Notes: generated from the sequence alone by a model not told the origin. Numbered from the stretch's first letter, positions 40,137 to 50,936 are shown. The stretch is 64,000 bases of DNA from an uncultured Acetobacteraceae bacterium (GCA_964247675.1 CAXTVW010000004.1:8854-72853), one strand, 5' to 3'. Translations and numbers: made by a program.

Positions 40137-41012
40137 TCAGGAATGCGGCAATCGCGCGACCTCCTCGTCGCACTGGCGTGCGAAACGGACGCCGCGATCC
40201 TGCGACGACACTTAACCGGTACGCACGTCCAGCGCACCTTCCGCCTGACTGCAGCTCACCCAGCCGATCACCTCGTCGCCCCAGGACAGCGGCATCGCTT
40301 AGTAGTCAAGCTTGCGCCTGCCTTCGGGCACGTAGGCCTCGAAGCGGTATGGCCAGCCCCAGAGGTGGTCGAACCAGCGGCGATCCCGAACGAGCGGATC
40401 GGACGGTGCCAAAAACCGCACGCGCCGGGGCGGCGATGCTGGCGGGACATCCTGCCCGACGTGCGCTGCGTAGCGCAGCCCATCGGCCTGGAGCACGACC
40501 GAGGTATCCGAGTGCTGGACAGCCGCCTTGGCCTCGGCGCCGCGAGGTCCGACGAGCGAGCGAGCGCGCGGGACAGGAGACCAGCGCGGACATCGTCGTG
40601 GCGGGCACCGGGGAGAGCAGGTCTACGAGATGCAGCGCGAGACGCATCAGCTGGTCGGCGGGTTCGATGCCGGGAGCGGGCAGCACCGCCGAAGCATAGA
40701 GCCGGATACCGCTCTCGCGGCCGACGACGCGCAGGTGGGCGTGATGGTGCAGGGCGTCCAGCGCCCGGGTGGTCGCCTTCGACAGCCCGCCCTACCCGTT
40801 GACCGCCGCTTTCTTCCGAACGCCGCCTTAAGGTCGCGCGGGTGCGTCTCGCGCCGGGCGGCCGCGAAGGCGAGCACGTCCGCTTCAGTGACTCCGGCGA
40901 GAGGTCGTAAGAATGACGGCACCAGTGCCTCGGCATCGATGCGTGCCACCGCTGCCAGGACTGCGTCCGAACCGACGATCGTGGCGAACTCTCTGCAGGT
41001 CGACCAGCGCGC
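40137..41012 (-). pseudogene. YcaQ-like (DUF1006, winged-helix DNA glycosylase family) gene with frameshifts and an in-frame TAA, lacking its N-terminus
   Basis: [11 protein letters not shown] / [28 protein letters not shown] / VRFLAPSDPLVRDRRWFDHLWGWPYRFEAYVPEGRRKLDY*AMPLSWGDEVIGW, in different frames. Confidence 0.5.
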
Positions 41013-41168
41013 CTTGATGTCGCCGTAATCGAGCGGGTGGTCCTCGACCTCTACGGCCAGCCGCTTGTCGTGCGGGTCGACCGACGGACCTTTGGCCACG
41101 GCCCAGGACCTGAACACGCCGTCGAGCTCCAGGCGCAGGTCGTGATGGAACCTGGTCAACATGAACGA
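41013..41168 (-). pseudogene. LigD 3'-phosphoesterase-domain fragment
   Basis: [44 protein letters not shown] matches the LigD PE core. It has no N-terminal start or ligase/polymerase domains, and is fused in frame to YcaQ-like sequence. Confidence 0.55.
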
Positions 41169-41259
41169 AGTGATGGTCTGTTTGAAGCCATCGCAACGGA
41201 CGTGACGGAACAGCACCGTGCTGAGACCTTGCTGCACAGATCGAGGAGCGGCGGCGACT

Positions 41260-41436
41260 GCATCGGCTGCGGCCAGTTCGGCAGAAGGAACGGAGCGATC
41301 CGATCATCAAGCCGCCTCGCGTCAAGGCTTCGGATCCAAGCTCATAGACGCTGGCCTATCAAGCGGCCTGAGCAGCAGGGCCACAGTGACCTATTCACCC
41401 GAAGGTCTCACCTGCGTCGTGGCTTTGGAAAATTAG
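41260..41436 (+). pseudogene. Histidine-kinase C-terminal fragment
   Basis: RQGFGSKLIDAGLSSGLSSRATVTYSPEGLTCVVALEN* resembles the end of HWE/HisKA_2 kinases. No upstream kinase core is present. Confidence 0.35.
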
Positions 41437-41632
41437 GTAACGGGCCAAACGTCCTGGTATCCGACGTTGCGCATCGGAGGATCAATGCACGGGCGATGAG
41501 CGAAACGTGGGCACAACGGCCCTGCATCGAAGCTTGCTTCCTGCTCACCCACCGGAGAACGGCACTCCGGATTACCCGTCAACATCCAGTGTCAATGAAA
41601 GTAGATGAATAATTTGCGCGAGGCAGCCGTTT

Positions 41633-43783
41633 CTAAGCGGACTCCGCCAGAACTCGTCCAAGCATGGCCCTGCTCTTGCCTGCGCGCTTTGCCCGGTAAC
41701 ACGCTTGGTCGGCGGCCTCCATCAATTCGCCAATTTCCGTCCGGCCCGGACTCATCGTAACAACGCCGATACTAGCGCCCAACCCGAAGCTGCCGTCGTC
41801 CCGGGTGAACCGGAACCGGGCTACACCGGCGCACAGCCTGTCAGCTACCCGCAAGGCGGCTTCAGAGGTATCACAATCGAGTAAAAGGGCGAATTCGTCA
41901 CCCCCGAGGCGTCCTACACACTCAACCTCCGAATTGGACGCCTCCGCCCGAAGTAGCTCCGCGACTTGCCTGAGTATCCGATCTCCAGCCGCGTGCCCGA
42001 GAGTGTCGTTCACCTGCTTAAAACCATCCAGGTCGATGACAAGCAGGCCAGCGGATCCCTCGCCCGATGACGCCCTTTGTGACAGCCGGTCTTCAAAGGC
42101 GCGCCGGTTCAACAGCCCCGTGAGCGGGTCGCGCTGGGCTTGATACTCGAGATCCCGCTCGCGACTTCGCTCGGCCGAGACGTCCCGAAAGACAATTACG
42201 TGGCCTAGACAGCCACGCGATTGCTCGAGGACCGGTGACACCGTCCCATCGACGTCAGTCCTTCCGACCGCATTCTTCAGCACCGTATTCCTTGGCAGGG
42301 AACACGGCACATGTTCCGGATGGGGAAAACGCAGGGTCCGTTCGCAGCCATGTTCCACCATGCGAGCGACGTCCTGCAAAGGTCGCCCGATGGCGTCGCC
42401 GTCACAGCCCAACAGTCGTCCCGCCTCGCGATTGAGCCATGTGACGTTTCCGGCCGCATCAGTAGTGATTACCGCGTCGCCTATGGACTCGAGGGTTACC
42501 CGGAACTGCTCCTGCCTTTCCGCGAGATCGCGCAACACCTGACGCCAGTCTGTGATGTCCTGCAACGCGCCAATCAGGCGAACGACACGGCCGTCCGTGA
42601 TTTCCGCCGTGCCTACAGAACGCGCCCAGAACTGTCGCCCGCGAGCAGTAACCATTTGCAGCTCCAAATCCCAGCCTGTCCCGTCCTCCAAGGCACGCTG
42701 CACAGCTTGGGCGATGACCGGTCGAAACTCGGGTTCATAGAAGGCGAACGCTTGCTCGAGGGTCGGCTGAAAATCTCGCGGCACTTCCTGTAGCAGGCAG
42801 GTCTTCTCGGACCACAGTAGCTTACTGCTTACCGCATCGAGTTCCCAGCCGCCCACGCCCGCCGCGGCGCTCGTGCGCGAGAGAAAAGCCTGGCTCAGCC
42901 GTAGAGCTTCCTCCACCTCCTTGCGAGCGGAGACGTCCCTTACAACGTCGTGAAACGCGACCGGGCGGCCGGACCGGTCATACTCGACTCTGGGCTGCCC
43001 CTCCAGCCAGACCCAACGACCGTCCTTGTGCCGCGCTCGAAACTCATACGGAGTCGATGCCGCACCCGGACCCGCTTTCACCAAATGGCCGAATAGAGCT
43101 CGCGTTTCGGGAACATCAGCGGGATGCGTCAATGACATTGTGGTTCGTCCCACAATCTCTTCCGGGTCATAGCCGAGCACTCGTCTCACCGCGGGCGTGA
43201 CGAACAGAACCGTGCCGTCGGTCGCCATGGTCGCAATCATCTCGTTGGCACTTTCGGCGAGCAACCGGTAGCGGCCATCGCTGGCGGATAGTGCAGCGGT
43301 TCGGTCGGCGACCTTCGCCTCCAAACTGTCTTGCATTTCCAGCAGACGCTCCTCGGCAACCCTGCGCGCCGAGACGTCCTCGACTGCGGCTATGAAGTAG
43401 CCCGGCACGCCGACAGAAGCCCAGACTAATGAGACAGTCAAGTTGCACCATACGACGGAGCGATCCTCGCGAAGATATCTCTTCTCCATGCTGTAGCCAT
43501 CGATCTCATGTGCCAGCACGGCTTTGACCTTTCCCAGGTCGGCCTCGAGGTCGTCAGGGTGAGTGAGTTCCTGAAAAGTGGTTGCAAGAAGCCGTTCGCG
43601 AGCGTAGCCCAATATCGCGCATAGGCGTTCGTTGACCTCGAGCCAGCGTCCGTCGGGGGAGACGTGAGCCAGCCCGATCGGAGCCTTCTCGAACGTTCGC
43701 CTGAACCTGTCACTCGAGGCTAGCGCGATAGTAGGTGAGCAGGTACTGCCGTGATCCATCGAAGCAAGTTGTAGAAGGTCCAT
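41633..43783 (-). CDS. Multi-PAS/PAC diguanylate cyclase (GGDEF)
   Basis: Several PAS/PAC-like repeats, then RDPLTGLLNRRAFEDRL and RLGGDEFALLL. Confidence 0.92.
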   Translation of the reverse strand: MDLLQLASMDHGSTCSPTIALASSDRFRRTFEKAPIGLAHVSPDGRWLEVNERLCAILGYARERLLATTFQELTHPDDLEADLGKVKAVLAHEIDGYSMEKRYLREDRSVVWCNLTVSLVWASVGVPGYFIAAVEDVSARRVAEERLLEMQDSLEAKVADRTAALSASDGRYRLLAESANEMIATMATDGTVLFVTPAVRRVLGYDPEEIVGRTTMSLTHPADVPETRALFGHLVKAGPGAASTPYEFRARHKDGRWVWLEGQPRVEYDRSGRPVAFHDVVRDVSARKEVEEALRLSQAFLSRTSAAAGVGGWELDAVSSKLLWSEKTCLLQEVPRDFQPTLEQAFAFYEPEFRPVIAQAVQRALEDGTGWDLELQMVTARGRQFWARSVGTAEITDGRVVRLIGALQDITDWRQVLRDLAERQEQFRVTLESIGDAVITTDAAGNVTWLNREAGRLLGCDGDAIGRPLQDVARMVEHGCERTLRFPHPEHVPCSLPRNTVLKNAVGRTDVDGTVSPVLEQSRGCLGHVIVFRDVSAERSRERDLEYQAQRDPLTGLLNRRAFEDRLSQRASSGEGSAGLLVIDLDGFKQVNDTLGHAAGDRILRQVAELLRAEASNSEVECVGRLGGDEFALLLDCDTSEAALRVADRLCAGVARFRFTRDDGSFGLGASIGVVTMSPGRTEIGELMEAADQACYRAKRAGKSRAMLGRVLAESA

Positions 43784-44622
43784 ACCTGCAATCCCCGCAC
43801 CTTACAGAGCACGCGCTGTCAGTTATCGCCTATCATGGTCGCGAAAAGTCTACAACCTGCGGTAGAGGCTTCGTTGGCCCTCAGTCCGGGAAAAACAGGA
43901 TGTCTGTTGCAAAAGGATAACGTTTTCCGAAAGACCGCGGGACCCATGCGAGGCAACCGCCAATTTTGAGACGACTGCTGACCCGTCCAGTGAACCCGGC
44001 CGTTGCGCCTCAACGCGGGCGAGTTCGCGGATTCCGCAATAGCCAGCTCGCCTTCCAGGACGATTGAGCGCATGATCGTAAGCTTTGTGACAACGCAAAC
44101 GCTTCTAAGTCGGCGGAGGCCGACTATGACCTCTGTGGCCTGATAGCGCTTTTTCGGATAGCGTTTGCCGTAGCGGGAGCGGTCAGGTTAGGGTGTGTCT
44201 GTCCGAAACTCCTACGAAAGGGCTGTTGTGACGCTCTTCGCTGTTGTCGTGAGGCTGACGCCTACTGCTTTCCGAGAGGACGGAAGGACAACCCCAGCGG
44301 AACGCGTCCAAGTTGCACTCGCAACCCAGGTAGGCATCGGGACAATCGAGGTAGTCGCCGATAACAAGTTGCTCGCGATATTTGACTTCTCGGTGGAAGT
44401 GAGCGAGGCCGACAACGGTATCCGGCTGGATCAGCCTGCCCGCCATCGACTTGCAACGTTAATGCGGGAAGTCGTCCGATCGGCGCTTTTGGGCAACCTG
44501 CACGTCGTTTGACCTGGTTTGAAGTCGCCTTTGGCCAGAAGTCTCAGCCCTGCCTCACCGGTCGTGCACTTTGAAGACGTTTGCTTCGCCAGACGGATGA
44601 TACGGCATCTACGCCGGATGCC

Positions 44623-45243
44623 TCATACAAAGCCATTTCTGGCGCTTGTGTCTTTTAACTCAGCTGCGTTGAACTTCGGTTGAGGTCCTCGGAGCCAAGC
44701 CGTCATCAATTCAACTATCCCGGACACCTTCGACTGATGTGCTCCAGGGAGATAACGGGGCATAATGACGTCTTCGTCCGTGTCCCCGATTAGCTTACAT
44801 CGGAGAAACCAAAGCCGGGCCTGAGCCTTGAGAAGCTCCTGTAAAGCAACATCTTGAGGGTCGCCCTGCGAAGCCGAACGTAATTCGTCTTCCCAAATGA
44901 GGAGAAGTCGCGCGGCATCCTGGAGTTTGTCACCCTCGCAAGCTTGATAGAACGCTTCGAGAGTGGCACCTGAAGCTCTTCGGTGAGACCAGAGACTGAG
45001 CAGTCCCGACTTCTGCAAACTCCAAATGAAGGATTTCACAATCTCCAGAGTCGGTATCGTGCGGGTGTAGCGGTTCTGGTCGCGAGAGAACCAAACACCG
45101 CCCCCGCTGCCGCGGGCTTTGCGAATGGAAGGTAATGTGACAGCTATAAATGGTAGCCGCCTGAACGGCATGTTTTGGCTTTCCCCGCAGAAGTCATTAT
45201 ACAGTTCGGACTTATCGCTCTTCACGAGAACGCTACGAGCCAC
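44623..45243 (-). CDS. Hypothetical protein (low GC)
   Basis: ORF in a clearly AT-richer segment. No domain recognised. Confidence 0.45.
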   Translation of the reverse strand: MARSVLVKSDKSELYNDFCGESQNMPFRRLPFIAVTLPSIRKARGSGGGVWFSRDQNRYTRTIPTLEIVKSFIWSLQKSGLLSLWSHRRASGATLEAFYQACEGDKLQDAARLLLIWEDELRSASQGDPQDVALQELLKAQARLWFLRCKLIGDTDEDVIMPRYLPGAHQSKVSGIVELMTAWLRGPQPKFNAAELKDTSARNGFV

Positions 45244-46304
45244 ACCGAATTAAAGACCAAGTGCTCTGGAAATCAGTACAGCCAAGGCCATGCCGATCAC
45301 CAAAGACGCGAGGCCTGTCAGCTGCCCTGCCGCTGGCACAAGCAACAAGACGAACAACAGCGCGACTACAGCGAGTGCTGCCACTCCAGCCAACAGCGTG
45401 AAAAACGAATTTTGTCGCAACATGCGATTATGAAAACCCGTAGTTTCACAAGAGGCGAAGGACGTAGAGACGCCGCATTCCCGAGACACTGGCAAGCTTC
45501 CATGAGCATCGGTTGCCAGTCGCGAACGCCGCGGTGGCTCCGGACGTCCTCTCCGTGCCTGCTCTCGGTTTTGCGGCGAGTTGCATCGAAGATAGTTTAC
45601 TGAGCGCCTTGCGCTATCGGCGGCGGCCTCTGAACGACTGCCCAAGCAGTCCTTGCGTCCACCGGTTCTCTTGCCGCTTGCTTGGACCGAGACAAACTCA
45701 GGAGATGCTCGCATTCAGCACCCTATCGTTCTGCGCTTGAATGCGTCCGGCTGACAGCGCCTGAGAGATGACAGTCGCGGAGCAGGTGCTCGATCCTGAA
45801 TTAGACCGCATGGACCGTAGAGCATTCAGCCTGATTTGCGCCGACTCTATCACATCGGACGGGTCGCGCCGCTGCTGTCCGGAAAAGGTGTTTTCCCGAA
45901 AAATCTCTTGCTCTAGCAAGTTCAACAAATCCGTCGCGATGTCCTCGCGGCGTGCATTGCAAGCTTGATCGAAGGCGAACAAGATTTTGTCTGACCGCCT
46001 GCGTCCGTTGTTTTGCATGATTCCCTCGTTCCACCTTAGACGCTGCCCCCCAGTTGGGTGCGGGCCTCGTAGCCATAACGTAACGGATGAGCGGAATCAA
46101 CCGAAAGTTGTTGACCCACCGATTTTTTCCATCTTCGACTGTTTCGCGGAAGTCCACCGCCATCAGGTGTCGTCTTGCCGCCCGGGTAAATGCCCGCAAT
46201 GGCTTCACTGCCCAACCAGCAGCGAATTACCTTGTGTTCACGGAAAAGTGAGATTACAATCGAGAGTTGAACGAAACTGGGTGCCTCATGCGTTCGGATC
46301 GCCG

Positions 46305-48044
46305 ATGAAATTCGCCGAAAAAGTGGTTCGTTCCCCAAGGCGACCGGGTTCGGCCCGCGTTATGGAGCCAGGCCGCTACCGGCTACTCGCCTGCTTGGTT
46401 GTGCTGCTGGTCGTTCTCATGGCTCTTGCCGAAACGCTGGGTTTCCTGACAGAGCACCGGCACCAGTCGGAGCAGAACGCTTTGAGAACGGAGAACCGCG
46501 GTTCCAGACAGTTGCTCCAATGCTTGGTAGACGCCGAAACGGGGGTGCGAGGCTTCCTTATCACGCGTAAGCCGCAGTTTTTGGAGCCCTACCACTCCGG
46601 TGTGCGCGCGATAGACATGCTGCCGCCCGAGCGGCTATCGGAACTGGATGCAGCGGCAGGTAAGCGCTACGCAAATTCCTTCCCGTTCAGCGGAACGCTT
46701 AAGAGCCTCCGCGATATCTGGGCATCGGAGATCGACGACGTAAGCACCGCCTCGGACGATCGGTCGTCGACCAAACGAGCCCTGACTGACGGGAAGCGGC
46801 TTATGGACGCGCTGCGGGTTCAGTTAGCATCCGTGATGGACGCGCGCGACATTCGGATAGCCATGCTCGACAGTCGCATGAGTTCGGAGCGAACTGCCGA
46901 CTTGCTGCTTGTACTGCTTGGGACGATAACGACCATCGCCGCCGTTACTTACGCCTTCGACCGCTCGATACGCGACGGTGTGCGACGAGACCGCGCGGTT
47001 CAGATCGGCGCGGAAGCGAGCCGACGCACCCGGCTCCTGTCCTCGATGGCGGAGATGTTGCAGAGCGCCTCGGACCGCGATGACGCCAACGAGGTGCTCA
47101 GGGCAAGCGCGACACGCCTGCTACCCGGCGTAGCAGGAGCACTTTACGTTTTCAACAATTCCCGAGACAGATTGGATCTCTCGACGGAATGGCCAGATGT
47201 CGACGCGAATGAAGAACCTGGAAAGACCCATCCCGTCCACATTGCGCCTTTGGAATGCTGGGCGCTGAAGCGGGGAAGATCTCATCGCAACGACATGTCA
47301 TCCGGAGCGCTTCGTTGCACGCACTGCGTATCGGCAGCTTCCAGCTTGGAGATACCCATGACTGCGAGGGGGGAGCTTTACGGACTTTTGCAACTGACTG
47401 CTTCGGGCGACGATGGCGAACTACGCCTTGACGACCTACAAGAGACAGCCGGGGCGCTTGCTGACGCGATGTCTCTTGCCCTATCGAGCATCGTTCTACG
47501 TGAGCAGCTGCGCAACCAAGCGCTTCGCGACCCGCTGACCGGGTTATATAACAGGCGCTTCATGGAGGAGATGCTCGAGCGCTCGACGCAGGATGCGGAA
47601 CGAAAGCGGCTGCCGATATCGGTGGTCATGATTGACCTCGATCATTTCAAGCTCCTCAATGACCGCTACGGGCATCCGGTCGGCGACAAAGTCTTACGGC
47701 AGGTGGCCAACACCATAAGCAGCTTGGTCAGGGCACCGGATGTCGCATGCAGGATCGGCGGCGAGGAACTCATGATTTTGATGCCGGATTGCGGGCTGTC
47801 TGCTGCTGAGGTCAAGGCCGATCAGCTAAGAGCGGCAATAGCGGCGCTCTCGGCGGACGGCAGCATGCCTCCGGTGACTGCCTCGTTTGGGGTCGCCTCC
47901 CGTCCAGAAACGACCGTCAGGGCAGAGGATTTGCTGTCCCATGCGGATGCCGCTCTCTATTCCGCAAAACAGCAAGGCCGAAATGTTGTTGTCTCGTCAC
48001 CCCTCCGGCAAGCTTTGCCGACGTTGGCTGTGGCTGAAGCGTGA
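46305..48044 (+). CDS. CHASE3-GAF-GGDEF diguanylate cyclase (GGEEL variant)
   Basis: A TM segment, then the CHASE3 signature DAETGVRGFLITRKPQFLEPYHSG. RDPLTGLYNRRFM, the I-site-like RAPD, and RIGGEELMILMP. The start could alternatively be 46362. Confidence 0.85.
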   Translation: MKFAEKVVRSPRRPGSARVMEPGRYRLLACLVVLLVVLMALAETLGFLTEHRHQSEQNALRTENRGSRQLLQCLVDAETGVRGFLITRKPQFLEPYHSGVRAIDMLPPERLSELDAAAGKRYANSFPFSGTLKSLRDIWASEIDDVSTASDDRSSTKRALTDGKRLMDALRVQLASVMDARDIRIAMLDSRMSSERTADLLLVLLGTITTIAAVTYAFDRSIRDGVRRDRAVQIGAEASRRTRLLSSMAEMLQSASDRDDANEVLRASATRLLPGVAGALYVFNNSRDRLDLSTEWPDVDANEEPGKTHPVHIAPLECWALKRGRSHRNDMSSGALRCTHCVSAASSLEIPMTARGELYGLLQLTASGDDGELRLDDLQETAGALADAMSLALSSIVLREQLRNQALRDPLTGLYNRRFMEEMLERSTQDAERKRLPISVVMIDLDHFKLLNDRYGHPVGDKVLRQVANTISSLVRAPDVACRIGGEELMILMPDCGLSAAEVKADQLRAAIAALSADGSMPPVTASFGVASRPETTVRAEDLLSHADAALYSAKQQGRNVVVSSPLRQALPTLAVAEA

Positions 48045-48233
48045 TGATTTCAATGAAGCCGTTCGCGCTCCGCACGAAGAGCGTCAAAAATTGCAACCAG
48101 CGGTCTAAAATTGAAAACATTTCTTGCAACCAATCGACGGTGACTTTATACATAACATTGCGTAAACGCACCGAACTCAGGTCTCCACTTTCGGCACCTG
48201 ACGTCAGAACGCGATTTTGGAAGAACGTTCCGA

Positions 48234-49688
48234 ATGCACGGCGGCTTATCGAGGTTACCGGGCATACTTAGCGATCCCGTGCGGGCGATCACGTCCATAG
48301 CGTTCGGGTTTACGAGCTTCGCTCAAGATCGGAGTCGCGACTCGCGATCTCAAGCCAAACCGGAGAGCAAGGCCAAAATAGAGGTTATAGTTAAAGGACG
48401 CGACCCGCTCACCAAGCTCGACGGCTACGAGGGACTTCGGGGTAGCGTCGCCGCCAAGCTGGCGATAAGGGCGCCAGCCGCGCTTTTCATGCTTCGCCTC
48501 GACAACCTTCAGCAAATCATTGCCTCCCACGGACACCCGGCAGCAGAGTCCATTTTGGTCGGAGTGGCAGATCGCTTAAGGATGCTCTGGCCTACCGAAC
48601 GCTGGTCGAGGCTTGTCGGAGACGACTTCGGGTTTGTGCTCGCGGGTGTCAGCGGTTCTGCTGAAGTTGAGGCGGCCGCTCTTGCGATCCTGCGCGCAGT
48701 CGAAGCGCCAATTGCGACGTTGGATGGCGAACTCGTGTGCTCGGCTAGCCTGGGTATTGCCAAAATGCCCGGTAAGAAGGCCCGTTCCGATGAGGATGTG
48801 AGCACGACTATACTCGCGGCGTGCGCAGCAGTCCGAAATTCGTCGACCGGCGGCGGCAGTCAATGGACGCTCCATGATCCGGACCGGCAATCGGCCGAGG
48901 TCCTCCGAGACTGCGTCAAGGAAGAACTGCGGGCAGCGATCGACGTAGGACAGATCATTCCTTATTACCAGCCGATCGTGGATCTTCAGACGGGAGCAAT
49001 CGCCGGGCTTGAGGTCCTTGCGAGATGGGAGCATCCGACCCGCGGTGTATTGCCGCCGGACCTGTTCATACCGATGGCTGAGGAGATGCATCTCGCCGGA
49101 CGGATTAGCCAACTGCTCATGCGCAGGGTCATTGTCGACTCGCGCTACTGGCCCACCTCTATCTACTTTGCGTTCAACGCATCACCAGGCCAGCTTAGGG
49201 AGTTGATAAGCCTCATAAGCTCGCCGCCCTCATGGCCAGAGGGAACGCTGGACCCCAAGCGGCTTGAGATCGAGATCACCGAAAGCGCGCTCATCGAGGA
49301 TCTCGACGTGGCACGAACAGTCATCGAACTCCTGCAGGCCTCGGGAACCCGCGTGGTGCTCGACGACTTCGGTATCGGCTATTCCAACTTCTTCCACCTC
49401 CGCGAGCTGCCGTTCGACAAGATCAAGATTGACAAGAGCTTCGTCCTCGACCTGGGCCTCGATCCGCGCGCGGACGCTTGCGTCAGGACGATGATTGCGC
49501 TCGGGAAAAGCCTTGATATCGAAATGGTAGCGGAGGGAGTAGAGAAAGACCAAATCGGCAATTACGTAGCGGATCTCGGCTGCCGGTACGGTCAGGGTTA
49601 TCTCTACTCCGTGCCGGTCTGCGCCCTGGAGGTTTCGTCGATCCTAAGAAGGTCAGTTCCGGCCCAAGCTCTCCGCCTAGTCGGCTGA
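48234..49688 (+). CDS. Degenerate-GGDEF / EAL phosphodiesterase (EVL variant)
   Basis: LVGDDFGFVL (degenerate GGDEF). YYQPIVDL, LEVLARWEHP, EIEITES, VLDDFGIGYSN, IKIDKSFV. Confidence 0.9.
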   Translation: MHGGLSRLPGILSDPVRAITSIAFGFTSFAQDRSRDSRSQAKPESKAKIEVIVKGRDPLTKLDGYEGLRGSVAAKLAIRAPAALFMLRLDNLQQIIASHGHPAAESILVGVADRLRMLWPTERWSRLVGDDFGFVLAGVSGSAEVEAAALAILRAVEAPIATLDGELVCSASLGIAKMPGKKARSDEDVSTTILAACAAVRNSSTGGGSQWTLHDPDRQSAEVLRDCVKEELRAAIDVGQIIPYYQPIVDLQTGAIAGLEVLARWEHPTRGVLPPDLFIPMAEEMHLAGRISQLLMRRVIVDSRYWPTSIYFAFNASPGQLRELISLISSPPSWPEGTLDPKRLEIEITESALIEDLDVARTVIELLQASGTRVVLDDFGIGYSNFFHLRELPFDKIKIDKSFVLDLGLDPRADACVRTMIALGKSLDIEMVAEGVEKDQIGNYVADLGCRYGQGYLYSVPVCALEVSSILRRSVPAQALRLVG

Positions 49689-50936
49689 CTGCTTAGTTAA
49701 ATTGCGGCTTGCCTGAGTGGAAACTTCGAGAGAACTCACCCCGGCATCATCCACGCGTTCGTCGCGGCCCGCTGAGTTGCGGCCGTTCAACGCCCAGCGC
49801 GTGTTCACGCATAAGCTGAGCCACGCCTGGATCGATGCGCTCCCGCTTCCGTGAGTGATGTCGAGATGCCCGCGAAGGAGGTATGGCGCGATGAAGTCGA
49901 CGGAACCAGGCGCCGAGCCGCCTTGCTGCAACGCCCAAAGCAGCACGTTCTCGCCATGAAGGCGCAGTGCCGCGGCAACCGCAAGCGCCTCTGCCACATG
50001 CAAGTCGTATGGCCTACGTAGTACAAACGTCTTCAGACCACCATCGAGCACTTCAAGAAACAGTCTTTTCAGAAACGGCAGACGCCAGAGCTCGCGCGCA
50101 ACCAGCTGCTCAGGTCCCGCTTGCCCTTCACTGACGAAGGTGTGCCAAACGAGACCGTAGGCATGATCCACTACGTCGAACTCGCCATGCCAGTCGGTCC
50201 GGACCGAGGCAGTTAGGTTTGCGGCGCTTCCGAGCTTGGAGAACCTCCCGACGAGAGCCTCCACAAGATCAGGGGTCGAAATGCCGCCGAACCGGAGCAG
50301 CCCAAGCGGCTCGGCGCCGCATTCCCGCTGAAAAAGACCGAAGTCGCAGCTATGGCCGAGGCTCTCGAAAGCCATGACGAGGGTGTCTGGGGCCACGCCC
50401 GCTCGGGCTTCAAACGCCGTCAGAAGATCTCCCGTCTTTAACGGAAGCGGGATTGCGGGCAAAGACGTCGCGATTTCTCCGGACGCTTGCCGCTGGGCGA
50501 TAACAAGGAAGCTACGGAAGGCAAGCGCCAAGGCCCGCTTCTCCGACCGATCCAACGAGACAACCTTGTCGAACTCGAATTGCAGGTCAATCGGTCCGTG
50601 ATCCAGAAGGGGCTCTAGCGCGACCAGATACGTGCTTCGGCGGGAAACCTGGACGTCAAGCAGGACCTGCGCCCCGAGCCTCACCAGCAACCTGCGCGAG
50701 GGACAGTCAAACGAGATCCACGCGGGTTCTACGTCCACGAGGACTGCAATTTGCCCTTGCGCGAGATCGGGCGGTAGCCGAAGCCCACAGCCCGGCGCCA
50801 TTGCCCAGGTGAAGCCTTCCTCCGGGTGTGACCAGCAACCGAGCTGGTATGGCATGGAGTTTCCGCCTAGACCGAAGGCAAGGCTCAATAGCAGGCGGTT
50901 CGGCGCGGCAGGGACAGCAGCCCTACCTGTATCCAC
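49677..50936 (-). CDS. Conserved-looking hypothetical protein (419 aa)
   Basis: Long ORF with a FESLGHSCDFGLFQRECGAEPLGLLRF motif. I cannot name the family. Confidence 0.6.
   Translation of the reverse strand: MDTGRAAVPAAPNRLLLSLAFGLGGNSMPYQLGCWSHPEEGFTWAMAPGCGLRLPPDLAQGQIAVLVDVEPAWISFDCPSRRLLVRLGAQVLLDVQVSRRSTYLVALEPLLDHGPIDLQFEFDKVVSLDRSEKRALALAFRSFLVIAQRQASGEIATSLPAIPLPLKTGDLLTAFEARAGVAPDTLVMAFESLGHSCDFGLFQRECGAEPLGLLRFGGISTPDLVEALVGRFSKLGSAANLTASVRTDWHGEFDVVDHAYGLVWHTFVSEGQAGPEQLVARELWRLPFLKRLFLEVLDGGLKTFVLRRPYDLHVAEALAVAAALRLHGENVLLWALQQGGSAPGSVDFIAPYLLRGHLDITHGSGSASIQAWLSLCVNTRWALNGRNSAGRDERVDDAGVSSLEVSTQASRNLTKQSAD

Noticed and set aside
43850-44190. A possible IS3-family orfA (HTH_Tnp_1) remnant on the minus strand (KKRYQATEVIVGLRR..., ...IRELARVE...).
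   Set aside because: The similarity is short and requires several frame changes, which is too weak to call without blastx.
44195-44512. A 105-aa plus-strand ORF and other short ORFs: 45250-45423, 45698-46018, 29220-29426 and 53304-53603.
   Set aside because: They are protein-like in part, but each has a competing ORF on the opposite strand and no motif. By my manual count the third-position GC of 44195-44512 is only moderate. I left them unannotated rather than guess.
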